Source: Proteromonas lacertae (Eukaryota). Taken from it: 64,000 bases of DNA. A program made the position numbers and the translations under genes. Position 1 is the stretch's first letter, and every line of letters begins with the position of its first letter. The stretch covers positions 62,001 to 126,000 of the forward strand of contig NGBS01001179.1 in assembly GCA_002245135.1 (NCBI GenBank). The letters are read 5' to 3'. The notes below the pieces were generated by a model. It saw nothing but the letters and a program-made list of their open reading frames with translations. It did no database searches and was not told the origin of the DNA. Shown here piece by piece: positions 1-15,000 of this stretch.

Positions 1-3000
1 TCAACCTTTCTTCATTCTTATTCTGATACAATTCCTCTAAAGCCAATTTCAATACTAAACCACTTTCATTATATTGTCTTGCTAATAAATCTTCAAATTC
101 TCCCAAGTGTCTTTCCTGTAAAACAGCATCAATTGCAGCACCAACTTCTTCATCACCATTTACTTTCTTATCTTGAATTCTCTTTCTGATAGCTTCTCTT
201 TCTCTTTCTAATCTCTTAGGTAATGAGACTAATTCATCTTCTTTTTCCATTTCTTTTTTCTTCTTTTCTAATTCTAATTCTTGTTTTAATTTCAATCTCT
301 TTTCTCTTTGAGCTTTCTTTAATGCAATTTGTGCTTCTAATTTGGATTTTTGTCTTGATTTTTCTTCTTCCATCTTCTGGTTATAATTCTTCATGTTTTC
401 TTCATATTCTTTCTTTATTCTATCGATTTCTTCTTGTGAAGCGTTTTCATTGGTTAAATCATTGATTTTATCTTCATATAATTTCCTCTTCTTCATCATC
501 TCATTCTTTGCTTCTTCTGCTCTTCTCTCCAATTCTTCTTGTGCTTTCTTCTTTTCTTCTTCTTCCAATCTTTCTAATTCTTTTCTATTTGCTTCTTCAA
601 TTTCTAATTTCATTTTCTCTTCTTCAGCTTTATGTTTCATTTGTAATTCTTTTTCTTCTAATGATAATTGGCCAACTTCATCTTTGATTGATCTTGTTAT
701 ATCTTCTTCCCACCACCAATCAGTATTCTCAGATTCTAACCTCTTCTGTAAGTCAATTGCTTCTTTCTTATGTTGTTCTTTCTGTTGAGTTATTTCTTCA
801 TTTTGATTCTCTTTCAATAACTGTTCTTTCTTTTCTCTTCTCTTTCTTAATCTTTCTTCTAATAAGTCTTTCTGTCTCTTCTTTTCTGTATCTAATGCTG
901 ATTTTATATTATCATAATTCTTTAAATGTTCTTCTTTTATCTTTTTCAATTCTTTACTATAATCTGTCTCACTGTCTAATTCATATTTCATTTTCTTAAT
1001 CTTCAATTTATGTTCTATTTCATTTCTTCTTTCATTTTCTTCTCTTTCTAACCTTAATTTTAACTCTAATTTCTCATTTTCTTGTCTTTCTATTATCTCC
1101 TGTTTTTCATCTTCATCTTTTACATTGTCTAATTCATGCTCTTGCTTTTCTTCAAGTTCTTTTGTTTGTCTTTCTTTTTCTTCTCTCAATTCATTCTCCA
1201 ATTCTTCCATTTCTTTCTCAGCTTCTTTATCATATTCATTCTTCAATTCTTCTAAATGTTTCTTATGCTTTTCTTCTAATTCTTTCATCTCTTTATTCAC
1301 TTCATTTTCATATTCTTCTATCTCTTTAGATATATTCTCATCATTCTTCAATTTGCTAATAACTTCACTATCAATTTCTTTTTCTTCTTCTACTTTATTA
1401 TTAACTTCCATCATTTCTAATTGATGTTGATGTTCTAACTCTAATAATTCCTTTTCTTTCTTCTGTTTTTCAATTAACAACAACTCTTTAGCTTCATCTT
1501 CATGTTTCTTAGCTAATCTTTCTTGTATCTTTCTTCTCTTTTCTTCTAATTTTTTCTTCATTTCTTGTTCTTGTTTCTTCTTTTCTTCTTCTAATGCTTT
1601 ATTCATTCTTTCTTTATCAGCTTTCATTTCATCATATAATCTTTGTTTTTCTTCTTCACTTATCTCTACATCATCTTCTTCACCCAACATTGCTTTAAAC
1701 ATTTTCTTCTTCATTTCTTCATCTTCTTCTTTATTATCCTTCAATAATTCACTCTCTTTTTCTTTCATCTTATCCTGTAGTTGATTAATAGCTTTGTTTT
1801 CTTGATCAGCTATTTGTAATTTGGTTTGTTCTTTCTCTTGTTGCTGTTGATCAATTATTGTCTCTAAATCTTCTGGTTCATCTTCTTCTATCACTGTTAA
1901 TTTAGATTTTGACTTTAATAATTTCTTCATTCTCTTTTCTTCTTCATTTTTTTCTTCTTCTTCTTCCTCTTCAATTGCTTCTTCAATTGTTTCTTCATCT
2001 AATTCAATACCTAATTTCTGAGCTTGTTTACGATTATATTCAACTTGAATACTCTTCAATTCTTGAGGAATTCTCTTCTTTAATTTAGAACTAGCTTCAG
2101 CTGTACTTTGTCTGGAATTATTCAATATATTTGTCTTTTCAGGTAAAGATCTTCTCACTAATTCATCAGTTTTCTCCATAAATATATCTAATTGATTTTG
2201 TAAATCTGTAGCTTCATCATTAATCAATCGCTGATTATCATCTGGATTTTGTTTTTCCAATATCTTTTGTGCATTATCTCTCATATCTTGAGTTATGTTA
2301 ATCAATTTATTTCTTGTTTCTTCTAAGATCTTTTTATACTTCTCTAACTCTTTCACTGATTTTTCAGTTACTAAATCACTTTGATCTTCATTCTCTCTTA
2401 ATTTATTCAACTGTGATATAAATGGTTCAGAAAAATCCATTGTTATTGCATTATCTAATATTGGTTTACTCACTTCTCTTCTTTGTTCTTCTGATTCTAA
2501 CATTGCTGAATATTTATCAATACATTGAATAGCTCTCTTTATTAACAACTTTATTTCTTCTTCAGTCTCACCGTCAGCAGTAACTCCATTTTGAATATTA
2601 TTAAATATCTCTTCCATCATTCTTTGACTAGTTGTATCAATATTCACACCCATCAAGTCATTCAACTGTGATAATAAACTATTCAATTCTAATTCTACAG
2701 TAGACATTTGATTATCATAAGCAGATCTTATATGCGTCTCTTTATCAACATTTCCTAATATTATTCCTTCTTTAGGCAATGATTGTATGTTGTTCACCTT
2801 CTGTATTTTGAGCTGTTGCATCTAATGACATTGATGTTAAATGACTTCTAATAATTTCCATTTCTTTCTTTAATATATCAATAAATGTAACTAATTTCTT
2901 TTGTTTCAAATTACTTTGATTATTCATCTGTTCATCATGAACTCTAATTCTTTCTATAATTTCTCTTGCATCTAATTCATCAACAGCCAAATCAATTTGT

Positions 3001-6000
3001 GCTTCAATATCAGCTTCTGTTGTCTTACCTTGGACTAATTTCACATTATTAAATATTTTATCACCTCCTATTTTCTGTAGTAATACTTCAGCTTTGACTG
3101 ATTGATCACTTCTTAATACTAATTCACCCCAACTCTTTCTTCTTAAATAATAAACACTTCCTAATACTAAAACTACAAACACAAATAGACAGGCAATTGC
3201 ACTGATAATCAATTCCCATTTAGGTGATAGATTAATCTTATCAATATCTATTACAGTTCCAACACTTACAAATTTAGTTGCTGTTTTTGGATTAATGGAA
3301 GCACCAGGACATACTACACCTGCAGGTTGAACTGTTACTATTAATTGTATTGTTTCATTTGTACTAACTCCAAATACATAAGTTCCTGATTCTTGGAATG
3401 TATATGCAAATACAGTAATATTCATCTTCTGTTTAGATAATTCCACTAAATTCTCAAATTCACCATAATCAAAGTTTGGATTTGTATTTAATAATGAATC
3501 TTTAATATAGACTGGATATGTTTCAGCATCACCTGGTAAATCAAATATTAAACCATCTCCTAATTCAATACATATCAGTGGTTGTACAACTGATAAATCA
3601 ACATGCAAATTATCATTCTGTAATATTCTTACATTCCTATTTGCTTCTTCCTTTTCTATATTATCAACTATTGATTTTGGTAAATTATATTTCCCAATAA
3701 AACCAGTGTCTTTATCAATACTAACAGATTGTAACTGACATCCTCTTCCATCATTCTCTTGTATTAGTTTAAAACATCTCCAACTACCTGATGCTACACC
3801 TAATTGCTGCCATTCAGTTGAATATAAAATAGTACCATTTGCATCAACTACATCTATCAATCCAGTGTTTGCATTAATTCTAGTGATATATCTATTCTTT
3901 TGACATTCATCATTGCAGATATTCTTCAATAATTTCTGTTTATTACATTCACATAAACCAACACTTGGAATATAAGTTCCTCCACCTACTTCGCTTGGAC
4001 ATTCAATATTACAGAATTCATCTTGTGGAATACATTTACCATCACTATTTCTAATGTAATTAGTATCACATCTTGGATATACTATTGGTTGACAATCTAT
4101 ATCACCATCACCTGTTTGTTTTTCAAAATCTTGATAAAATTCATAATTTGGTTCACATAAACAAGTACCGTCACTTGGTTGGAATACTCTATGCCTTCCA
4201 ATACATGTACATTTTGTACTATTTGGTGATGAATATGAACTGGATGAACAAATATAACAACCTTGTTGACCATAATATGGATTATAGTAATTAGCTGGAC
4301 ATACATAACATGATGTAATATTTGACATTCCTAAATGTGAATTATAACTACCAGGTGGACATGCTATTGGTTCTGATGTTCCTAAAGGACAATAATAGCC
4401 TTTTGGACATTGATATCCTCTTTCTGTTTCTTGATTTGTTGGTGTTGCACTGGTTGTATTTCCTAAACATACATAACCTGGAGTACATTTATAACATTCC
4501 CTTCTATGTGGATCTGTACCATATGTACCTTCTGGACATGGGTAACATGAATCAGCAACACTTGTCCTACTCTTATTAGTTAATGAACCTGGTGAATATG
4601 TTCCAGCTGGACATAATATAGGCTTAGATGAGTTCTTTGGACAATATGTTCCTAATATACAGGAGATTGGTACATCTACACCAGCTGGACAATAGTTATT
4701 CTCCGGACATTCTATTGGATTAGTAGTCTCTGATGGACAATAAGATCCTGCAGGACATTCTAATGGTTCTATACTACCTGGTGGACAATAGGTTGCATTT
4801 GGACATACTAAATAAGTGATAGAATTCTCTGGACAATAAGAACCACCAGGGCATTCAAAACATTCTTCTTTACTTCCAGCACCTAATTCACTTCTATATG
4901 TACCAGCTGGACATGGTATTTTGATTGGAGTTTCTTTTCTTGGACTTTCAGGACAATAGAAACCAGCTGGACATAGATAGTTATTATAAAAGGCAATACC
5001 AGTATCATTACAATAAGTACCAGCTGGACATACAATACAATCAGATTCTTCTGTCTTAGCTGTATCATTGTTATATGTATTAATTGGACATTCAAATAAC
5101 AACACTGTATTACTAATAGTATTATCACTACCACTACCTGATGATGATGGACAATAATGACCAATTGGACATGGTAAACTATTACCAATTCCACAAATTG
5201 TACCTGCAGGACATGGCAAACAAGCATCTATAGTCTTAGCACCTTCATTTGGATTATATGTATTAGCAGGACAAGGCGTTGGCAAGTTTTTACCTTGCTC
5301 ACAATAATAACCAATTGGACATTTATAAGCACCAGGATATTTATTTGGCTCATATTTATCACCACCTGTATAACAGATATAACCAGCAGAACATAATCCT
5401 TTTTGTTCTCCATTCATACAATAATATGTTTCAGGACAATAAGCACATTGATCTTCTCTATATAAACCAGTATTTGTTCCATAATAACCATCATTACAAA
5501 CTATTCCAACATCGTCACCTCCTGGACAAAATCTACCAGCAGGACAATCTGTTGGTAAATTTGTTCCACCAATACAAATCTTTCCTCTAGGACAATCTTG
5601 ACATTTTGATTGGCCTATCAATGGATTATATGTACCAGCTGAACATTCAATTGGACTTTCAGCACCTTCTGGACAATAATGACCTTTTGTACATGGATAA
5701 CCTGTTCCAGATGTAGATGATGGATTTGGAACTTCAGCACCACTTTCGCATATATAACCAGCTCTACATTTATTACCAGTTATACCATCTTCAGGTTTTT
5801 CTACTTTTGCACCTCTTATGCAATAATGACCAGCACCACATTTACCACTACCTAATAATGATGTTAATGCTTTTTCACCACAATAAACACCTGGTGGACA
5901 AGGCCTACATTGGTCAAAACTTGATAATTCTAATACATCATTGTAAGTACCTTCCAAACATGGGAATAATCTGTAGTCAGATGTATTAACTGGACAATAA

Positions 6001-9000
6001 TAACCTTGAGGACATGATACTGGATCTGATGTACCTGTTTCTGAACAATAGAAACCTGGTGGACAATCTTTACATGATTCTTCACCTTCTACATTTTGAT
6101 ATTGACCTGGATCACACAATTTTGGCTCTTTACTACCTTCAATACAATAATTACCAATTGGACATAATTCTGTAGGTTGAATAACACCTTCTCTACAATA
6201 ATAACCTTTAGTACATTTCTTGATTGGCTTTATCAATCCTGAATCTGGACATTCATAACCTTCTGAACATTTTTTACATTCTGATGGTTGCTTTAGGTTT
6301 GTCAAATTGCTATAAGTACCAGGTGGACAGGGTGTTGGTGAACTTGATCCTTTAATACAGTAATATCCTTTAGGACAAATATTTCCTGCTATACCATCCG
6401 TTGGATTTGGTAATTTTGAACCACCTTTACAGTAATAACCTGCTTCACAATCATCTGTATAAGTTGTCATATTTAATTTGTCACAATATTTACCACTTGG
6501 ACAGGATGAGCATTGAGATTCTTCATACAAACCAACATAATAACCAATAGTAGACACTGGACATGGTATTTTATCATTGAAATTACTTCCTTTCTTACAA
6601 TAGAAACCTAAAGGACAAATAACAGGTATGGATGTTGTATTTTCACAATAATAACCTTTTGGACATTCCAAACAAACGGATTGACCTGTTTTATTTTGAT
6701 ATGTTCTTTCTTGACATGGTATTGATACTGAATTATTACCAGGACAATAATGACCAACTTCACATTGATGAATACTGTAACTTTCACCTCCAGTACAATA
6801 ATAACCCGGTTTACAGTCAATAGATGGATAGACTGTAGCTTTATTTGGACATGTATATGGTTTTATACATGGTAAACATTTATCTTCAGAATCTTGTCCT
6901 GTTAATGAATTATAAGTACCTTCTCTACATGGTAATGGTGTCACAGTTCCTTTTGGACAATAGTAACCTTCTGGACATATAATACTCTTTGGATTAATAG
7001 CACCTTCTTTACAATAGTAACCTGCATCACATTCATCAGTGGGTGATGTAATACCTGGTCTATCACAATAATATCCAGCTTCACACTTTGTACATTGCTT
7101 TTCATCCGTCAATCCTTTATGATTACTGTATGTTGATACTGGACAAGGATGATCAGTAGTTGATGATTGACCTGCTAAACAATAATAACCTTCTTCACAT
7201 AACTTTGGTTCTGATGTACCAAGACTACAATAATATCCTTTTGGACATTGAATACATGATTTTTCGCCTTTCTTATTTTGGTAAGTACCAGCTGGACATT
7301 TGATTGGTTCATCTAATCCACTTGTACATTTATGGCCTTTCTCACAAAGTATTGTTGGTTGTGATGATTTTTCTTTACACACAAATCCTTCTTTACATTC
7401 ATCATTTACACTCTTCTGTCCTTTTGTTGGACAATATTTTCCCAAATCACAATTACTACAATCAGTTAACTGTGTTAAACCACTACTACTTGAATATGTA
7501 CCAGTTGGACATGGTTTTGGAGCTTTACTATTCTCTGTACAATAATGACCAGGTGGACAAACACCTCCTCCAATTAATTGAGATCCAACATTTGTAGATC
7601 CAATATAACCTTTATCTAAAATCACTGTCGGTGTTGAACTAACATTACTAATACAGTAAAAACCTGGTGGACATAATATAGCTGATGATAAATCAGAAAT
7701 ACCTTCACTATCACATATTTTACCACTTGGACAAGGCAAACATTCAGTAACATCACCAATACCATTGTTACTATTGTATGTACCAACTGGACATTTATGA
7801 TCATTAGGATCTTTAGTATTTGGAGGACAATAAGAACCTGTACTACATATAATTGGGAATTCAGAACCAAGTGGACAATAGAAACCTTCTGGACATGGTT
7901 TACATTCTTTTTGACCGACTTCATCTTGATAAGTACCAGCTTGACATTTAATTGGTTGATCTAATCCACTAGTACAATAATGACCAACTGTACATAAGGT
8001 AGTTGGCACAATATCTTTACCACCACAATAATATTTCTCTTCACATAATGGACCAACTTTTCTCATACCATAATAAGGGCAATAATGTTTTGCATCACAA
8101 TCATTACATTCTGTAGATTCAGTTAAACCAGTTCTACTACCATAAGTACCAGGTTTACATGGATATGGGAATTGAGAACCTAATGGACAATAATAACCTT
8201 CAGGACATATTGAACCACCATTTTCTGATTTTATTATTATTTTACCTTTCACATCATCATAATCTACTATAAGGATCATTTTGATTTAATGCAGACACTC
8301 CATATAAACAGAAATAACCTTTTGGGCAATCTTCAACTGGATTTGCTAATCCTGCAGTATTACACACTTTACCTGGTGAACATTTCTTACATTGTGATTC
8401 TTTATACATTCCAGTTTTATCATTAAATGTACCAACGGGACAAGGAACTCTAGTTGAATATTGACTACCAGCAGGGCAATAATAACCTTCACTACATCTA
8501 ATTGGTTCAGATGAACCTTCATTACAATAATAACCTTCTGGACATTGTTTACATGATTCTTGTTCTGTCAAATCTTGATAAGTACCAGCAGAACATTTCT
8601 TTGGACTATCTGAACCAGCAGGACAATAATAACCTGGTTGACATATATCAGTAGGATATGAAGTGCCTTCTTCACAATAGTAACCTTTGAAGCAATCACC
8701 AATTGGACTACTCAATCCTCTATTACTACAATACTTACCAGCTGTACATTTCTTACAATCTAGAGTAACATCATACTTATTAGTTAAATCATTAAAAGTA
8801 CCTAAAGGACATGGTGTTGGTACTGAACTACCTGCTGGGCAATAATGACCTATTGGACAAACATCACCAGTTGTATGATCTGTTGGATTCTTTACTGTGG
8901 CATTACCTAAACAATAATAGCCTTGTTCACATTTACCACTACCTTCTTTGGTTGTTAATCCTTTAGTTGCACAATACTGACCTGATGGACATGGTACACA

Positions 9001-12000
9001 TAAATCTTCATTTATTAAACCTGTATCACTTGCATATGTACCTTCTGGACATGGATATTGGTTAGATGAGGTTGTATTTAATGGACAATAATGGCCAGGT
9101 GGACATTTCATACTATCTGCTATTGTCTTTGTATTTGCTATACAATAATAACCTTCTGGACATGATTTGCATTTGTCTTGACCTTCTTCATCTTGATAAC
9201 TACCAGCTGGACATTCAGTTTGACTTCTAGAACCACTTGGACAAAAATATCCTTTCTCACATTTATAAACCTTATCTCCAGTACAATAATAACCTGATGG
9301 ACATCTTTCAAATGCACTTTCGTCTGAAATACCTTCTTTAGAGCATGTAAATTCATCTGGACATGGTAAACAATCAGTATCACTTTCACTACCTGTATTT
9401 TTATTCCATTTTCCTACAGGACATGGTTCAGGGAATATTGTACCATCTTTACAGTAATGACCAGCTGGACATATACCATACATATTTGGTGCTACAGCTG
9501 TATTTGTTGGAGTTGCTTCTTTGCATCCTAAGATACAATAATGACCTTTTGTAACTTTCTTAGTATTATCTAATGCAATCATACCTTCAACATCACAATA
9601 ATAAGGACCAGTACAAAGTTGACATTGTTTTACATCTTTAATACCTTCTAATGGATTATATGTACCAATTGGACATGGATTTTGTGTTGCCCATTTTGTA
9701 CCTTCTGGACAAAAATATCCTTTTGGACATATTACTGGATCTTTAGTACCTTCTTCACAATAATAACCTTCTGGACAATCTAAACATTCCGATTTACCTT
9801 TCATTGAATTGTATTTACCTGCTTCACATGGTTTACTTACATCTGAACCTCTATCACAATAGCTACTATCATCACATAAATTAGTTGAAATTAAGACATT
9901 TGTACCAGTTGGACAAACAAAACCAGGCAAGCATAACTTTGTTGGATTAATTAATCCTGTTTCATCACATAAATACTTACTAGTACATGGTTTACATTCA
10001 GTATCTATCTTTGCATTTGTCAAATCATTGTAAGTACCACTTGGGCAAAGAGTATGATTGGATGAACCTTCAATACAGTAACTACCAGTTGGACAATCTT
10101 CACTTGTATTATTATAGGAACCTTCTGGACAATAATAACCTTCTTTACATTTATTCAATGTTACTGAAGCATCATTTGGATTTAATGTAATAGACATTCC
10201 CTCATTCTCACATACATAACCAGCCAAACAATTCGTACAATTATCTATTGATAATGAACCTCCATAATTATTGAATGATCCTTTATGACATTTCTTTGGT
10301 TCTTTTGATCTTTCTTTACAATAACTACCAGCAGTACACAACTCAGGTGATTCAGTTGCTTGTCCACAATAAAATCCACTAATACAATCATGACATTCAG
10401 AACCACCAATATAATTCATAAATTTACCTTTTTCACAATCATTTATTTTACCATTAACACAATAATGTCCTTTAGTACATAATATGGATGTATTTAATGA
10501 TCCAACACCTTCATTACATATATAACCATTTGGACATAATGAACCAGTATCATTTTGACCTTTATTAGGACAATAATGATATTGGCTACACACTTTACAC
10601 TCACTTTCACTTTTCAATCCTGGTATATCACCATATGTACCTCTTGGACAAGGGATTGGAGATGATGAATTCTGCGGACAATAAAATCCCTTTGGACATA
10701 TATTAAGATTAGGTTTAGTTGTGCCAGCAGGACAATAATAACCTTCTTCACATGGTTGTAATTCACTTATCTTTGATATACCACTAACTGGACAAGAATA
10801 ACCTTCTAAACATAAATCACATTGAGTTTCACTTTGTAATCCATCTATTAATGAGAATTTACCTTTTGGACAATCACTCATATTCTCAGAATCTGCTGGA
10901 CAAAAATGACCAGCTTCGCATAACAATGGTTTTGTTGCATTCACAGGACAATAAAAGCCACTTGGACATGTTTTACATGTTTTACTTCCTTTTACTGATG
11001 AATAAGTACCATGCAAACAGGGTAATTCATAACCACTATTCTCAGGACAATGATTACCTTCTCTACATAATAATGTCTCATTTATAACGATTGTACCTTC
11101 AGGACAATAATAACCAGCAGTACATTTGTTATTCACCAACGAAGAAATACCATAATTAGGACACATAAATCCTTCTTTGCAAGGTAAACAATCTGTTGGT
11201 AGAGACTTCATTGTATATTCATTATAATAACCAGGTGAACAAAGTATAGGAGAACTTGAACCTAATGGACAATAACTACCAGCTGGACATATATTTGTAG
11301 TTGGATTAATTGTACCTGTGGGACAATAATATCCATTTGGACATTTACCTGATGGAGAATTTAATCCTTTTCTATCACAATAATAACCTTCAGTACAGTT
11401 AATACATTCATTCTTACTAATCAAATGAGTTGTATTTGCATATGTGCCAGCATCACATTCTATTGGTTTAGCTGAATTTGAATCACAATAACTACCACTA
11501 TCACATGGAATTGGTTCATCACATCCTTCTGGACAATAATAACCAGCTGGACAATTCTTACATTCAGTTTGACGATATAAGTTATTATATTTACCAGCTG
11601 GACACTTAACATGATCTGCTACTCCTGCTTTACAATAATAACCTGGTTCACATGGCTTTTGATAATAACTCTTTTGAGGACAATAATAACCAGCTTCACA
11701 CTTCTTTGATTGACCATTACTAATACCAACAGAATCACATAAATAACCACCAGGACAATCTTTACAGTCACTTAATAATGTTTTACCTTTAAATTGATTA
11801 TATTGACCTAATGGACATGGTAATGGTTGTGCACTACCTCTAGGACAATAATAGCCTGCTTTGCATATATCACCAGTTAAACCATGACTATTTGAAAGAC
11901 CATTTGGTTTATTAGAAGAAGATCCTTGAATACAATAATAGCCAGCATCACATTCACCTTTATCTATACCATTACCATCACACCAATGTCCAGCTTGACA

Positions 12001-15000
12001 TGGCTTCTCCTGTGCAGAACCTTCATTACATTCATTACCAGCACTACAAACATGTTCTTTACCTGTTGATGATTTACCTGGACAATAATATCCACTTGGA
12101 CATAATAATGAATAACTACTCATTCCTGTGTATGGACAATAATAACCTGGAGGACAATCTAAACATGAATTAATCGAATTACCTCCTTCTACTGGATTAT
12201 AAGTACCTTTTGGACAATCATGAACTCCTTCCATTTACACAATATTTACCAACGGGACATAAATTTGAATTATTTAATTCAGATGTACCAACTTCACATT
12301 TATAACCATCAGCACAAACATCACAATTCTCTTTTCCTTCTGTTAATGCCATTTGATTTGCTAGACATTGATCTTTGTCACTCGATCCTAAACTACAATG
12401 ATATCCTTTTGGACAGATAGCAGTAGCAGGACGATATTCTTTACTTCCAGCTAAACAATAAAAACCTGCAGCACATTTAAATCCTGAATAACTTGACATA
12501 TTATAATAAGGACAATAATAACCAGCTACACATGTTTTACAACTGCTTTGTCCTTCTTCATCTTGATATGTACCAGGTTCACATTGAATTTGAGATTTAC
12601 TACCACTTGGACATTTATATCCTTTTTCACATTTATGTTCTACTCCATTTATTGTACCATATTTATCTTCACTTCCTTCAGGACAATAATAGCCTTGATC
12701 ACAATCACTAGTTGTTGAACTTAATCCTCCTACACAATATTTACCAGCTGTACAAGGTTGACATTCATCTACTGTTCTTAAATTGATATTACTATTGAAT
12801 GTGCCTTTGGGACAATTATGTCCAACTTTTGAACTTTCTGGACAATATTTACCAACTGGACAATCTTTAAATTTAGTTGAATCACTACCATCACAATATT
12901 TACCAGCTGGACATTTATAACATTCTGCTAAACCAACTGTATCACTATAAGTACCAGCTGGACATTTTATACTTTCACCATTTATACAATAATGTCCAAT
13001 TGGACAAGGACCATAATTATTTGATGAATCATTGTTAGGATTTGAAACTGGAGCACCACTGTTACAGAAATAGCCAGCATCACAAAAACCAACAGGGCTT
13101 ACTAAACCAGTTGAATTACAATATTTACCATTTGTACATGCTTTACATTGTGTTTGTGTTGTTAAGCCTGTTCTATCTGAATATGTACCAATTGGACATG
13201 GAATGGGTGTATGAGTGCCTTTTAAACAGTAATATCCTTTTGGACATATATTACCTGTTATACCATCAGTTGGTTTTGCTGATTTTGCTCCACTTTTACA
13301 GTAATAACCAGCAGAGCATTGACCTGTTCCTGTTTTATCTTTTAAACCTGCAGTTTCACAATAATAACCAGGAGTACAAGCTTTACAAGCATCTACAGAT
13401 ATTAAACCTTCTTCATCACCATATTTACCAGCTGGGCAATTAGTTGGTGTTGTACTATTAACATTACAATAATTACCTATTGTACAAACTATTGTGTAAT
13501 TCATTCCTTTATATGGACAATACTTACCTGGTGGACAATCTAAACAAGATGATAAACCATATCTATCATTGTAACTACCAGCTTCACATTCAGTATCAAT
13601 TGTTGCACCTTCTTTAGAATAATGACCTGGTCTTGCTTTATTTTGATATGGTGTATCAGATCCAGCTGTACAATAATAACCAGCTGCACATTTACCAGTT
13701 GGAGCAGCATTTGTGCTTCCTTGGCAATAATAACCTGCAGTACAATCTTTACAAGATGAATTATTTGCTTGACCAATTTGATTATTATATTTACCAGCTG
13801 GACAACTTTTTAATTTTGATGCTCCTTCAACACAATAACCACCAGCTGGACATATTGTACCAGTAACACCATCAGTTGGTGTTGCTGTTGAAGAACCATT
13901 AATACATAAATAACCCAGCATTACAATTGCCACTTGTTGTAGTTTCACCTATACCACTACAATATTTACCTGCTGGACAAGGTGTACATTCTTGTGATCT
14001 TCTTAATCTCTTGGATTTACCATAACTTCCAGGTGGACAATTCACTGGTGCTATGTGTTCCAGCTACACAATATTTACCTTCAGGACAATCAATAGGCTT
14101 TGAAGTGTGTTTATCACAATAATAACCTGGTGGACAAACTGCACAATCTTTTAAGCTTCTACCTCTTGAATTACTATTATATGTCCCAACTGGACATTCT
14201 ATTTGTTTAGGATTATTTGATTTAGCTAGGACAATAATATCCAGGTTCACATTCACCTGTTTCTTCATAAGATGCTTCTACTGTATAATATCCAGCTTTT
14301 GTGTCAACACAATCACTCAAATCACCTCTACCTGGAACTCTATTTAATGTACCAGCTTTGCATGGTATTGGAGATGGAGTGCCTTCTGGACAATAATAAC
14401 CCTTTGGACATGCATTCTCTGCAAATGTTGGATCTGGACCTTGACCTACTGGACAATACATTCCTTTATGACAATTTAATTGATATTTTCGATCTTGACA
14501 ATTAGTAATACTATTACAGGTTGTATTAAATGGACAATATTTACCTGCATCACATTTCGAACAATATGAACTTCCTTATTGTTGATTGCATACCAACACC
14601 ACAATCAGCTGGATAAACACTTCCTTCAATACAATAAGAACCAGCTGGACAAGCTTTACAATCAGTTTTTGCTTTACCACCAAGTTGATCTCTATATGTC
14701 CCAGCTTGCACATTTTATTGGTATTATTGTAGCAGAACCACAATAATGTCCTTTAGGACATGGTTCACATTCATCAAAATGTGTTAAATTAGCTCTAGGA
14801 GTATAAGTACCAGCTGGACATGGATGTTGTGTTTGTGTTGCTGTATTTTCACTACAAAAATGACCTGCTATACAAATACCATCTGGTGCTGTTTTTCCAC
14901 CTAAACAATAATGTCCTGCTGGACAAGGTGTACATTTACTCACATCATCTAAATTATCAGCATTACCATAAGTACCAGGTGGACATCTTGTAGGTAAACT

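Noticed and set aside
223..1424. Plus-strand F/S/L-rich ORFs that look like membrane proteins
   Set aside because: Antisense shadows of the E/K-rich coiled-coil tail on the minus strand.
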